Assembly: GCA_963813125.1 (NCBI GenBank)
Contig: CAWEZA010000054.1
Span: forward strand, 1 to 64,000
DNA: 64,000 nucleotides
Direction: 5' to 3'
Source of the DNA: an uncultured delta proteobacterium
GTDB lineage: Bacteria; Desulfobacterota; Syntrophobacteria; Syntrophobacterales; Syntrophobacteraceae
Positions 48,603 to 58,349 of this stretch are shown in pieces. Made by a program: the position numbers and the translations under genes. The notes under the pieces are model-generated. The model did no database searches and was not told the DNA's origin. It saw only the letters and a program-made list of their open reading frames with translations. How positions within the stretch are numbered: the stretch's first letter is position 1; each line of letters starts with the position of its first letter.

Positions 48603-49699
48603 TCAAAGCCGGGCTGATAGGACTTGGGAAAATGGGCATCTCGCATTGTTCGATCCTTGGGGCGCACCCGGATGTGGATTTGTGCGGGGTGTGCGACACC
48701 TCCAGGCTCAATTTGATCCCGCTAGAAAAGCATTCCCCTTTCAGATGCTTTAGCGACTACAGGGAAATGATCGAGGCTTGCAGGCCGGATTGTGTCTTTA
48801 TCGCCACCCCGACCAGGTTTCACGGGGAGGCGGCGCTCTATGCGTTGGAGCGTGGGGTCCACCTGTTTGTCGAAAAGCCTCTTTGCGTCGACTTGCGGGA
48901 AGCGGAAGGATTGACGTCTAGAGCCGAAGCAAGGGGAGTCGTAAACCAGGTCGGGTTCCACAACCGGTTCATTGGTACTTTTCGCGAGGCAAAGCGTCTT
49001 CTTTCGCAAGGGGTGCTGGGGGAGGTCTATCATTTTCTCGGTGAGGCTTACGGTCCGGTCGTTGTGAGAGCGAAGGGGCAAACCTGGCGCGCTAAGAAGA
49101 CCGAAGGGGGTGGGTGCCTCTATGATTATGCGTCACACGTCATCGATTTGATCAGCTTCTACTTCGGCGAACCGGCAAGGGTGACCGGCACGACGATCAA
49201 AAAGATTTTCTCGGCCGGTGTCGACGATGCGGTCTATTCCACGATCATCTATGATAACGGGCCCAGTGGCCAGCTGTGCGTGAACTGGAGTGAAGAGACC
49301 TACCGGAAAATGTCGACCCGGGTAACGGTCTGGGGCAGGGAGGGTAAACTCATCGTCGACGCCCAGGAGCTAAGGATTTACCTGAAAAGGGAGATCCCCG
49401 GTGAAAACCTCCAAAAAGGCTGGAACGTCAGGTACATAACCGAGCTGACAGAACCGGTCCAATTCTACTTGAGGGGCGAGGAATACTCGGCGCAGGTCGA
49501 CTATTTTGTAAAGCGGGTAAAAGAATTCCAGCCGGCCGGAAATGTAAACTCGTTTTCGAGCGCGGTTGTTACAAACAAGGTCATCGATCTTCTGCTTGGC
49601 GACCGCTCGGCGGTGGGCGCCGGAAAAGAAGATACACGCTGTACAAACGCTGAAAAGGTTCGCTCAAAATCCTGGCTAAAGAGATTATGGCCCTTTTAG
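48599..49699 (+). CDS. Gfo/Idh/MocA-family NAD-dependent oxidoreductase (UDP-sugar dehydrogenase-like, WbpB-type)
   Basis: IKAGLIGLGKMGISH is a Rossmann N-terminus, followed by the EKPLC motif. Confidence 0.8.
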   Translation: MIKAGLIGLGKMGISHCSILGAHPDVDLCGVCDTSRLNLIPLEKHSPFRCFSDYREMIEACRPDCVFIATPTRFHGEAALYALERGVHLFVEKPLCVDLREAEGLTSRAEARGVVNQVGFHNRFIGTFREAKRLLSQGVLGEVYHFLGEAYGPVVVRAKGQTWRAKKTEGGGCLYDYASHVIDLISFYFGEPARVTGTTIKKIFSAGVDDAVYSTIIYDNGPSGQLCVNWSEETYRKMSTRVTVWGREGKLIVDAQELRIYLKREIPGENLQKGWNVRYITELTEPVQFYLRGEEYSAQVDYFVKRVKEFQPAGNVNSFSSAVVTNKVIDLLLGDRSAVGAGKEDTRCTNAEKVRSKSWLKRLWPF

Positions 49700-49762
49700 A
49701 CGGGAATGCAATCAGTACGGCTTCCTATCTTCTGCCGTAAGGATACTGTGAGGTCAAAAGCC

Positions 49763-50641
49763 ATGGATCGCATCTTATTTGGCGACAATCAGTTTTTCGG
49801 CATCAGTCATCTTTCGGAAGAAAAAGCCGGTTCCCAGTCCATTCGTTTCAAAAATTGCGAGTCCATAATCAAGGTTCTTGACTGGGCATATGAGTTGGAT
49901 ATCAAGACCTTCATGTGCACGACACATGACAGGATCGTTGAAGTTTGCGCTCATCTTAAGTCCAACCGGGGCAGATATTCAGATTTCAAGATCTACCCGT
50001 GCATGCCCTATGCGCATAAGTATGCGAATATGTATACCGAACTGGGCGCAATCGAGACTATAAAACGTTTTATGCCGGCAAGCCTGATCGGGGCGGTCGT
50101 TAAAGGCGGCGCGGCGCTGGCGAAATCGGATTTTATCACTTTGATGGAATTTATTGTCGATGCGGAAATGTCGATGTTTGAAGGGATTAAAACCCCGGTG
50201 GTGTTCCTGCAAAACATTGTCACCGACCTGCTGCTCGGGATGAAAATGAAGGACTTTTTCGTGGCTTTTTTCGAGTACATCCGGGAAAAATATTGCGCGG
50301 AAGCAGGGTTTATCACCATGAACATGCCTCTGCTTCTGGATACCCTGGAAGAGTCCGGCATCCGAAACCCGATAATATGTTCCTCCATAAACAAAATAGG
50401 TTTTCGCATGCCCGATGTGGCGGCGTATGAAAGAGCCTTGAGTGAGAGGGAATTCAGGCCAATCGCAATGCAGGTCCTTGCCGCGGGTGCACTGAAGCCC
50501 GACGAGGCGATAGAGTACGTCTGCCGATTTCCCAAAGTCGAGTCGATATTGTTCGGAGCATCGAGCTACGAGCACATAAGGGAAACAAAAGAGCTCATCT
50601 TGGCGCGCACCGCCCGGGCGCATGGTTCTCTTATGAAATGA
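49763..50641 (+). CDS. Hypothetical protein in polysaccharide locus
   Basis: A 292-aa ORF. No family was recognised. Confidence 0.4.
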   Translation: MDRILFGDNQFFGISHLSEEKAGSQSIRFKNCESIIKVLDWAYELDIKTFMCTTHDRIVEVCAHLKSNRGRYSDFKIYPCMPYAHKYANMYTELGAIETIKRFMPASLIGAVVKGGAALAKSDFITLMEFIVDAEMSMFEGIKTPVVFLQNIVTDLLLGMKMKDFFVAFFEYIREKYCAEAGFITMNMPLLLDTLEESGIRNPIICSSINKIGFRMPDVAAYERALSEREFRPIAMQVLAAGALKPDEAIEYVCRFPKVESILFGASSYEHIRETKELILARTARAHGSLMK

Positions 50642-52089
50642 ACCGAGCCGGCTTCCCGGTTACTCACAACGTGAGTTATTCGCCGGAAAAAATCATGTTC
50701 CAGCAGCAGGTGTTCATCCTAAATATTGTATTGATGGTCGTGGACGCGGTGTGTGTCATATGCGCGGGCTATTGCGCGCATTTTATAAGGGCCTACCAGT
50801 CCTACTGGCTGTGGTCCATGAGCGATTATCACCTTTCGATGTCCATCCTGTATGTCATGTTCGTAAACAACATGCTGATGGCAAGGGCGGGGCTCTATTC
50901 AGATAAAAGGACAGTCTTTTACCGCAAGCTCTGCATCTCGCTTTTTGCCACGGTTGCAATGGATTTTGCCGCCCTGGCCGCGGCTCTTTTTCTTTTCCAT
51001 CAGCGCTTTTATTCGAGGGCGTTCCTGGTCTATTTTGCCTTCTTTACCTTCCTTTTTCTCCTGATAGACAGGATTCTGGCGGACCTCTACGTCAATCATG
51101 CCTCAAGGCAAGCGTTCAATGCTTTAAGAATCCTTATCGTTGGTGATGAATCGCGCGGTAAGTGCGTCATCGATGCGCTCAACCGGCAGATTAGCCTGGG
51201 GCATAAGGTTGTTGGGCATCTTGCCGTCGAGGGAAATGGCAGGGAGTGCTCCCGTAGACTTTCGGAACTGCCTCGGCTTCTAAAGGAGGAGCAGATTGAT
51301 GAGGTCATATTCGCTGTTCCCAAAGACAAGGAAATAGACCTTAAGGCATGCATCGACCTCTGCTCCCGGATGGGTATTACGGCGCGTGTGCTGCCTGCGC
51401 TTTGGGGCGACGGGAGATCGGAAATGAGAGTCGAGCAGTGCCAGGGGTTGCCGTTTTTGACGATCAACTCGGGCAGTTTCAGCGCCGGCGGGTTGGTGTA
51501 CAAGCGGTTGCTCGATCTTATCGGCAGTTCTTTCGGCCTTTTGGTCCTGGCCGTTGTCTATCCCTTCATTGCCGTTGCCATAAGGCTCGACTCGCCTGGT
51601 CCCGTGCTGTTCACGCAAGACCGGGTGGGCAAGAACGGAAGAGTATTCAAGCTCTACAAGTTCCGGTCCATGTATACCGATGCCGAGGAGCGCAAGCGGG
51701 AACTGCTGGTCAAAAACGAGATGACCGGTCCTATATTCAAGCTCCTCGATGATCCACGAATGACCCGGGTCGGTAGATTTCTCCGCAAAACTTCTCTTGA
51801 TGAACTGCCCCAGTTCTTTAACGTGTTTACCGGGAAAATGAGCCTTGTCGGGACAAGGCCCCCTACTCCAAACGAGGTGAAGCGATATGACCTTACCCAC
51901 TATAAGCGGATTTCCGCCAAACCCGGACTCACCGGCATGTGGCAGGTCTCTGGCCGCAACAAGATCAGCGACTTTGACGAAGTGGTCAGGTTGGACTGTC
52001 AGTACATCGAGAATTGGAGATTTATGACCGACCTTAAAATTCTTGTTAAAACCTGCTGGGTGGTTTTATGCAGAAAAGGTGCTTTTTGA
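50638..52089 (+). CDS. Undecaprenyl-phosphate sugar phosphotransferase (WbaP/polyprenyl glycosylphosphotransferase family, initiating enzyme)
   Basis: N-terminal TM helices. The C-terminal 'bacterial sugar transferase' domain has FKLYKFRSM...PGLTGMWQVSGRN. Confidence 0.9.
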   Translation: MNRAGFPVTHNVSYSPEKIMFQQQVFILNIVLMVVDAVCVICAGYCAHFIRAYQSYWLWSMSDYHLSMSILYVMFVNNMLMARAGLYSDKRTVFYRKLCISLFATVAMDFAALAAALFLFHQRFYSRAFLVYFAFFTFLFLLIDRILADLYVNHASRQAFNALRILIVGDESRGKCVIDALNRQISLGHKVVGHLAVEGNGRECSRRLSELPRLLKEEQIDEVIFAVPKDKEIDLKACIDLCSRMGITARVLPALWGDGRSEMRVEQCQGLPFLTINSGSFSAGGLVYKRLLDLIGSSFGLLVLAVVYPFIAVAIRLDSPGPVLFTQDRVGKNGRVFKLYKFRSMYTDAEERKRELLVKNEMTGPIFKLLDDPRMTRVGRFLRKTSLDELPQFFNVFTGKMSLVGTRPPTPNEVKRYDLTHYKRISAKPGLTGMWQVSGRNKISDFDEVVRLDCQYIENWRFMTDLKILVKTCWVVLCRKGAF

Positions 52090-52096
52090 TAGACAT

Positions 52097-52645
52097 TTAG
52101 CCTCCCCTACCGCCAACGGCAAAAGTTATCCTTATACGCCTGTTGGCTTTCCTGCCCTCCCTGGTCGCATTGGAAGCGACCGGCTTTGACTCCCCCCATC
52201 CCTCGGCCCTTATCTTGCGGGCAGCTATGCCCTTATCCACCAGGGCCTTCTTGACCATCCAGGCCTGTAATTCCGATAACACCAGGTTTTGTTCCTCCGC
52301 GTGCCGGCAGTCCGTGTACGCCGATACGATGACGCTCGTCTTGGGGTATCTGCTGCATATGGCAGCCACCGTGTCGATCGATACCGCCCAGTTGGCTTGT
52401 TTAACCCTGGCCGAATCAGGCTGGAAAAGAGCATCCGCCGGCACAGATATGCTGGCGCAGCCCTTTTCAATATTGAGCTTTTTCCCGAACAGGCAAGACA
52501 GGTAAGACTTGAGATCGCCCTTTTTGCTGTGCTTGCTTTGAGTGGCGGGAACCCTTCGGTCGCATTTTGGACTTGTAATCTGACAGCTATTTGCGCCCAG
52601 GGAAAGGAGGAAAAGAAGCGTCAAATAAGACCATCCGTGTCTCAT
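52097..52645 (-). CDS. OmpA-like peptidoglycan-binding lipoprotein
   Basis: The signal and lipobox are LSLGANSC. The C-terminal OmpA_C-like region is VIVSAYTDCRHAEEQNLVLSELQAWMVKKALVDKGI...RRIRI. Confidence 0.75.
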   Translation of the reverse strand: MRHGWSYLTLLFLLSLGANSCQITSPKCDRRVPATQSKHSKKGDLKSYLSCLFGKKLNIEKGCASISVPADALFQPDSARVKQANWAVSIDTVAAICSRYPKTSVIVSAYTDCRHAEEQNLVLSELQAWMVKKALVDKGIAARKIRAEGWGESKPVASNATREGRKANRRIRITFAVGGRGG

Positions 52646-53282
52646 GACTGTCTCACCTTCAATTATCTTTCGGGCGCAAGGCTGAATGGAACTCTCCGGA
52701 GGATCTCCGGTTTTGGGTCGGGTGAAACTCTTTCTTCGACTGCCGATCTGGAAACGCTAAGAGCGTTTGAACCACTTCGGGTAGCTGACCGGAACAAGTT
52801 TAATTGTGAAGCAACCTGAAATTCCGATAACCACCTCAAAAGAGATTGTCAATAGATGCGGTGGGCAAGAGGACTGAGGTCGAAAACTTCAGCCGAAGGA
52901 ACTCCTGGAGTCCGGGGCCTCTCAGATGGGCGTGGGAGCCTTTTCGGTTTTGGAAAGGGCAGAGGCGAAATTTTTCCGGCAGTGGAAAAAATAGGTTGTC
53001 ATATCCGGGCTTATGGAATATTAATCCGGGTGTCCTGGGTGATCGATTTGCCCTGCCAGACCTTTTTAAATGTAAAAACAAGAGGTTGCGTACTGGAGCC
53101 GGGTTTTGAGGTCAAGTGAGTCCGGTGCGCTGGCTGGCGCCCGTTCCAGGGAGTAAATCGCCATAATTCACCCTGGTGAAGGTAGCTGCCCCCTGGTTCG
53201 AGGGAAACACTATTGCCGGACCGACAAAGCCAAAGCAGCGTCCGCTGCCGGCATCAACAGCTGATAATCGTGGAGGCCCTCT

Positions 53283-53639
53283 ATGCTGGCTGAGTATTTA
53301 CCCATTCTCTATATGATCATCCTGGCCGTGCTTTTTGGCGCGGGGACCGTTTTCCTGTCGCATGTGCTTGGGCCCGCGCGGCCGTTCAAGGTCAAGCTGG
53401 AAACCTATGAATGCGGCCTGCCCAGCGAAGGTGCCGAATATGGACAGACGCCCGTCAAGTTCTACGTTATTGCCCTTCTTTTTCTCGTCTTCGATCTCGA
53501 GTGCGTTTTCCTATACCCCTGGGCGGTTTACTACCGCAAACTGGGCGTTTTCGGGCTTATCGAAATGCTGGTTTTTCTGCTGATCCTTGTGGTCAGTTAC
53601 GTGTATGTCTGGAAAAAGGGAGCTCTGGAATGGGATTAG
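53283..53639 (+). CDS. nuoA: NADH-quinone oxidoreductase subunit A
   Basis: A 118-aa protein with three TM helices and a YECG motif. Confidence 0.95.
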   Translation: MLAEYLPILYMIILAVLFGAGTVFLSHVLGPARPFKVKLETYECGLPSEGAEYGQTPVKFYVIALLFLVFDLECVFLYPWAVYYRKLGVFGLIEMLVFLLILVVSYVYVWKKGALEWD

Positions 53640-54151
53640 AAAATCAACTCGTTGGCGAAAATGTGATTGTCACCAGCATGACAAAGCTGGTGAACTGGGG
53701 CAGGAGCAATTCAGTGTGGCCGTGTACGTTCGGCCTTGCCTGTTGCGCCCTTGAAATGATCGCCAGCACTCTGGCCGATTTCGACATCTCGCGCTTTGGT
53801 TCCGAGGTTTTCCGACCCTCTCCGCGGCAATCCGACCTGATAATCATCGCCGGGACTCTTACCAAGAAGATGTCGGTGATGGTCAGGCGCATATATGATC
53901 AGATGGCCGACCCCAAATGGGTTATCGCCATGGGGGCGTGCGCCTCGTGCGGCGGGATTTTTCAGAGCTATTCGGTGGTGCAGGGGGCCGACCAGATTAT
54001 TCCGGTCGATGTCTACATTCCCGGATGCCCGCCCCGTCCGGAAGCAGTGCTCGCCGGCCTGATGAAGATCCAGGAGAAGATCAGGACCGAAAAGTTGGAT
54101 CAGCGCACCGATTTCAAACCCGGTATGCTGGAACTGTCGACAGGAAAATAA
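53630..54151 (+). CDS. nuoB: NADH-quinone oxidoreductase subunit B
   Basis: CCALEM...GACASCGG...IPGCPPRP are the N2 cluster ligands. Confidence 0.95.
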   Translation: MGLENQLVGENVIVTSMTKLVNWGRSNSVWPCTFGLACCALEMIASTLADFDISRFGSEVFRPSPRQSDLIIIAGTLTKKMSVMVRRIYDQMADPKWVIAMGACASCGGIFQSYSVVQGADQIIPVDVYIPGCPPRPEAVLAGLMKIQEKIRTEKLDQRTDFKPGMLELSTGK

Positions 54152-54154
54152 GAA

Positions 54155-54646
54155 ATGGAAATAGGCAAAACAGTCAGCGCGCTCTCCGAAAAATGTCCGG
54201 ATTCGATCCTGAAGCGGGCCGAGCATCATGGGATGGCCGAAATAACCGTGTCCGCGGAGTCTTTCCACAAAGTGATGGAAACCCTCCACGATCTTGGCTT
54301 CGACATGCTGACCGATGTCGTGGGCATCGATCGCATGCCGAGAACGGTGCGTTTCGATATGGTCTACCTTCTGTTGTCCACGGGGGATTTCTCCCGGTTG
54401 GCAGTCAGGTTGGAGGCCGCTGAGGGGCAGGATGTTCCGAGTGTTAGCGATATCTGGCATTCGGCCGATTGGGGTGAGAGGGAAGTGTTCGATCTTTTGG
54501 GGATAGGTTTTTCCGGTCACCCCGATCTACGGCGAATTCTTACGTGGGAAAATTTTGAGGGGCACCCCCTCAGAAAGGACTTCCCGCTCGAGGGCAAAGA
54601 CTTCGACAAGCCTTTCGATCCGGACACGGTAAAGGATTACTTCTAA
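54155..54646 (+). CDS. nuoC: NADH-quinone oxidoreductase subunit C (30 kDa)
   Basis: NuoC family sequence; position in the operon. Confidence 0.9.
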   Translation: MEIGKTVSALSEKCPDSILKRAEHHGMAEITVSAESFHKVMETLHDLGFDMLTDVVGIDRMPRTVRFDMVYLLLSTGDFSRLAVRLEAAEGQDVPSVSDIWHSADWGEREVFDLLGIGFSGHPDLRRILTWENFEGHPLRKDFPLEGKDFDKPFDPDTVKDYF

Positions 54647-54684
54647 CTGGGACCACGCAGGCAAATAGTCAGGCATAGAAAATC

Positions 54685-55858
54685 ATGACCGAGCGTAAAA
54701 CCGTATCCCTGAATATGGGGCCCCATCATCCGGCTACCCACGGCGTTCTGCGGGTAGTCCTGGAGCTTGACGGGGAAACTATCGTAAATGCCACTCCAGT
54801 TATCGGATATCTTCACAGAGGGATCGAAAAAATCTGCGAGAGCAAAAGCTACCAGCAGATACTTCCCCTTACCGACCGGCTGGACTATTCCGCCGCATCG
54901 GCGAACAACCTGGGATATTGCCTTGCCGTCGAAAAGCTGATGGGCATCGAGGTGCCGAAAAGAGCGCAATATTTGCGGGTGATAATGGCCGAGCTTGCCC
55001 GGATTATGGGCCACCACCTCTGGCTTGGCACCCATGCCCTCGATATCGGCGCCATGACGGTCATCTTCTACGCGTTTCGTGATAGAGAAATGATCATGGC
55101 CATGAACGAAGAGATCTCCGGATACCGGCTGACCCCTTCTTTCATCCGCATAGGCGGCGTGGCTTACGACGCTACCGAGGATTTCGTCCAGAAGGTGCGA
55201 AAGTTCGTTGCAGTGGTTCCCCAAGTCGCTCGAAGGCTACCATCAGCTTCTGACCGAAAACAAGATATGGACCACACGGACCATGAATATCGGGGTGATC
55301 CCGGCGGGCGAAGCGGTAAACTACGGGTTTACCGGGCCAAGCTTAAGAGGTTCGGGCGTTGCCTACGACGTGCGCAAGGCCTTCCCTTATTCCAGCTATG
55401 AGGACTTCGATTTCAAGGTCCCGATCGGTGAAAACGGCGACGTTTATGACCGTTACCTGGTGAGGATGGAAGAGTTCAAGCAGTCGATCGACATTATCGG
55501 CCAGGCCATTGAAAATCTTCCCTCCGGGCCGGTCCAGACGGATAACCCCTGGGTTGCCAACCCCAGCCAGGCCGAAGTGCAAAACGACATCAGCGCGCTT
55601 ATTCGCAGGTTCATGATCAATTCGAAAGGCTCACCGGGCCCCAAAGGGGAACTCTATTCGGCGGTCGAAGGGGCAAAAGGCGAACTTGGGTTCTACCTGG
55701 TCGGAGATGGGAACGAGCATCCGTACAGGCTTAAAATTCGCTCGTCGTGTTTCTACCTTGCAAGCGCGCTTGCGCGGTTGCTGGTGGGGCACATGGTAGC
55801 CGACGCCATTGCCATAATCGGAAGCCTCGATGTGGTGCTTGGCGAAATCGACAGGTAA
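54685..55858 (+). pseudogene. nuoD: NADH-quinone oxidoreductase subunit D (49 kDa) with an apparent 1-nt frameshift near 55213-55218
   Basis: The N-terminal 2/3 is ORF 54685..55401 and the C-terminal part is ORF 55208..55858 in the +1 frame. Removing one G from GTGG at 55213-55216 gives KFVAVFPKSLEGYHQLLTENKIW, which is continuous. Confidence 0.85.
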
Positions 55859-55951
55859 AGACCAGCTTACCAACGGAGCAAAAGGTGCCGGTGTGCGGGA
55901 TTCCAGAGTACGAGGCAAGTGCTGTAAGCATCGAGAAAGCAGCAGAACGGA

Positions 55952-56944
55952 GTGCAACCGATGAATGATCTGCTCGTCATTCCCATTATCAAACTGCTTG
56001 TTATTTTTGGGGTATGCATGTTTTTCGTCACCTATACGACCTGGCTCGAAAGGAAGGCCCTCGGGCACTTTCAGCTCCGGTACGGACCCATGAGGGTAGG
56101 CTATCACGGCCTTCTCCAGCCCATTGCCGACGGTATCAAGAACTTCTTCAAAGAAGAAGTGGTCCCGGAAAACGCCGACAGAGCGGTGTTTCTTTTGGCG
56201 CCGATCATCAGCATTTCCCTGGCGGTCCTGCTGCTCGCCGTAATACCTTTCGGCGGCCCTGTCATGATTTTTGGCAAGAAGATCGATCTATACCTTGCAA
56301 ACCCGTCCATCGGAATCCTCTTCATCCTGGGGTTTGCAACCATCGGTTCCTACGGGACGATTCTTGGCGGATGGTCTTCGGGAAACAAGTACGGTTTCAT
56401 GGGGGGCCTGAGGGCCTCGGCAATGATTATCAGCTACGAACTCTCGATGGCTTTTGCGGTCTTGAGCATAATAATGGTGACCGGCTCCTTCAGCCTCGTC
56501 GATATGGTTGGCGCTCAGCACAGCGTCTGGAATATCCTGCGGGAGCCCATAGCTTTCCTCGTGTTCTTTATCAGCGGAATCGCCGAACTAAACCGCATTC
56601 CCTTCGATATGCCCGAGGCCGAATCCGAGCTTTGCTGCGGTTACAACATCGAATACAGCAGCATGAAGTTCTCCCTTTTCTTCCTCGCCGAATACACCCA
56701 CATGTTCGTGTTTGCATCGCTTGTCACGACCCTTTTTCTGGGTGGTTGGCACGGTCCCTTTCTGCCGGGGGTCGTTTGGTTTTTTATGAAGACCTTCCTG
56801 GTCATTTTCGTGTGTATATGGATCAGGGCTACTATTCCCCGCCTGCGCTACGACAAGGTTATGAAGCTCGAGTGGAAATTCCTGCTGCCGGTAGCCTTGG
56901 CCAATGTTATCGCAACGGGCGTGGTGATGGCCCTGTTTGGTTGA
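55952..56944 (+). CDS. nuoH: NADH-quinone oxidoreductase subunit H
   Basis: NuoH/ND1 family (ERKALGHFQLRYGP..., multi-TM). Confidence 0.95.
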   Translation: MQPMNDLLVIPIIKLLVIFGVCMFFVTYTTWLERKALGHFQLRYGPMRVGYHGLLQPIADGIKNFFKEEVVPENADRAVFLLAPIISISLAVLLLAVIPFGGPVMIFGKKIDLYLANPSIGILFILGFATIGSYGTILGGWSSGNKYGFMGGLRASAMIISYELSMAFAVLSIIMVTGSFSLVDMVGAQHSVWNILREPIAFLVFFISGIAELNRIPFDMPEAESELCCGYNIEYSSMKFSLFFLAEYTHMFVFASLVTTLFLGGWHGPFLPGVVWFFMKTFLVIFVCIWIRATIPRLRYDKVMKLEWKFLLPVALANVIATGVVMALFG

Positions 56945-56959
56945 TATTTAGGAGCGGCA

Positions 56960-57430
56960 ATGGAAAAGTCCGAAATTATCGTCGTAAGCAAAAACAGGGG
57001 TGAAAAGGGTAACTACGTTAAGCCCTTTCTGAAAGGTCTGGGATTTACGCTCGGCAATTTTTTTAAAAAGCCGATCACCATCCAGTACCCCGAGGAGAAA
57101 ACCGCTAGAAGCGCCAGGTGGCGCGGGCTCCACAAGCTCAACGTCGACGAAAAGGGCGAGTTGAAATGCGTTGCGTGCGGCCTTTGCGCAGTCGTGTGTC
57201 CCTCACAGGCCATCACCCTCGTCGCCTTCGAAGGGGAGGGGGAAACCCGGCGCCCGGAAAAATTCGTCGTAAACGAGCTTCGGTGCGTGTTCTGCGGCTT
57301 CTGCCAGGAAGCCTGCCCGAAGGGCGCCATCAGCCTGACCTGTGTATATGAGTACGTGGATTACAGCCGTGAGGATTTTCTGTTCGATATCTCGAGATTG
57401 AAGACGACTGGAGAGAAATGGAGCTGCTAG
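56960..57430 (+). CDS. nuoI: NADH-quinone oxidoreductase subunit I (2x[4Fe-4S])
   Basis: CVACGLCAVVCP and CVFCGFCQEACP. Confidence 0.9.
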   Translation: MEKSEIIVVSKNRGEKGNYVKPFLKGLGFTLGNFFKKPITIQYPEEKTARSARWRGLHKLNVDEKGELKCVACGLCAVVCPSQAITLVAFEGEGETRRPEKFVVNELRCVFCGFCQEACPKGAISLTCVYEYVDYSREDFLFDISRLKTTGEKWSC

Positions 57431-57921
57431 CGATAATCATCTGCGGCGGCGCGGCGATTGCCTGCGCGCTTTTTGTGATTCTATCGAAAAATACCGTTCA
57501 CAGCGCGCTTTGGATGGTGGCCAACTGCCTCGTGCTGGCGGTTCTTTTTTTGCTGCTGAACAGCCAGTTTATCGCCATCCTCCAGGTGATCGTCTACGCC
57601 GGTGCGATCATGATGTTCATTATTTACGCCATCATGATGCTAAATGTCAGGGCGGGTGGGGAAGATGATTTGCGCAAGAACCCTCCCCTGGGCCGCGTGC
57701 TCGTTATGCTGCTTATTGCGGGCGGCCTCATTACCTTTTGCGCCGGGTTTAGCCCCGACGCTCTTAAGGGACTCATGGGGTCTCAGGCCATGGCTAAATT
57801 CGGCGAGGTAAATCTCATCGCAAATTACATTTTCGTACAAGGCATCGCCGCCTTCGAGCTGGTGAGCGTTCTTTTGACCGCGGCCGTTATTGGGGCCGTC
57901 TTTTTGGCGCGAAAAGACTGA
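57418..57921 (+). CDS. nuoJ: NADH-quinone oxidoreductase subunit J
   Basis: A 167-aa membrane protein in the nuo operon position. Confidence 0.85.
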   Translation: MELLAIIICGGAAIACALFVILSKNTVHSALWMVANCLVLAVLFLLLNSQFIAILQVIVYAGAIMMFIIYAIMMLNVRAGGEDDLRKNPPLGRVLVMLLIAGGLITFCAGFSPDALKGLMGSQAMAKFGEVNLIANYIFVQGIAAFELVSVLLTAAVIGAVFLARKD

Positions 57922-58030
57922 TGTGACCGCTCTGCGGTAAAACTTGGGGGAACTGTCTGCCGGGTGGCGGCGGGGCTGCGGTTGATTACTTATGCCTTGT
58001 ATAAATCAAAGTCTATAAGGGAATGGTTCG

Positions 58031-58336
58031 ATGAACGATTACCAAAGCGTCTATCTTGCACTGTCGGTTATTCTCTTTGCCATCGGCGCGCTGGGAGTGA
58101 TCCTGCGAAAGGACGCCATCGTTGTCTTCCTGTGCATTGAGATCATGCTTGGCGCCGTAAATCTTGCCTTTGTTGCCTTTTCGCGCGCCAATCAATCGGC
58201 GGAAGGGTTATTCATGGTCATGTGCGTCATGGCCGTGGCGGGGGCTGAGGCGGCAATCGGGCTTGCGATTTTTGTCCTTTTGTACAGGAAGACCGGCACG
58301 ATCAATATTGACAAATTCAACCTGTTGAGATGGTAG
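58031..58336 (+). CDS. nuoK: NADH-quinone oxidoreductase subunit K
   Basis: A 101-aa protein with three TM helices, ND4L-like. Confidence 0.9.
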   Translation: MNDYQSVYLALSVILFAIGALGVILRKDAIVVFLCIEIMLGAVNLAFVAFSRANQSAEGLFMVMCVMAVAGAEAAIGLAIFVLLYRKTGTINIDKFNLLRW

Positions 58337-58349
58337 ATCGAGGCTTGCG

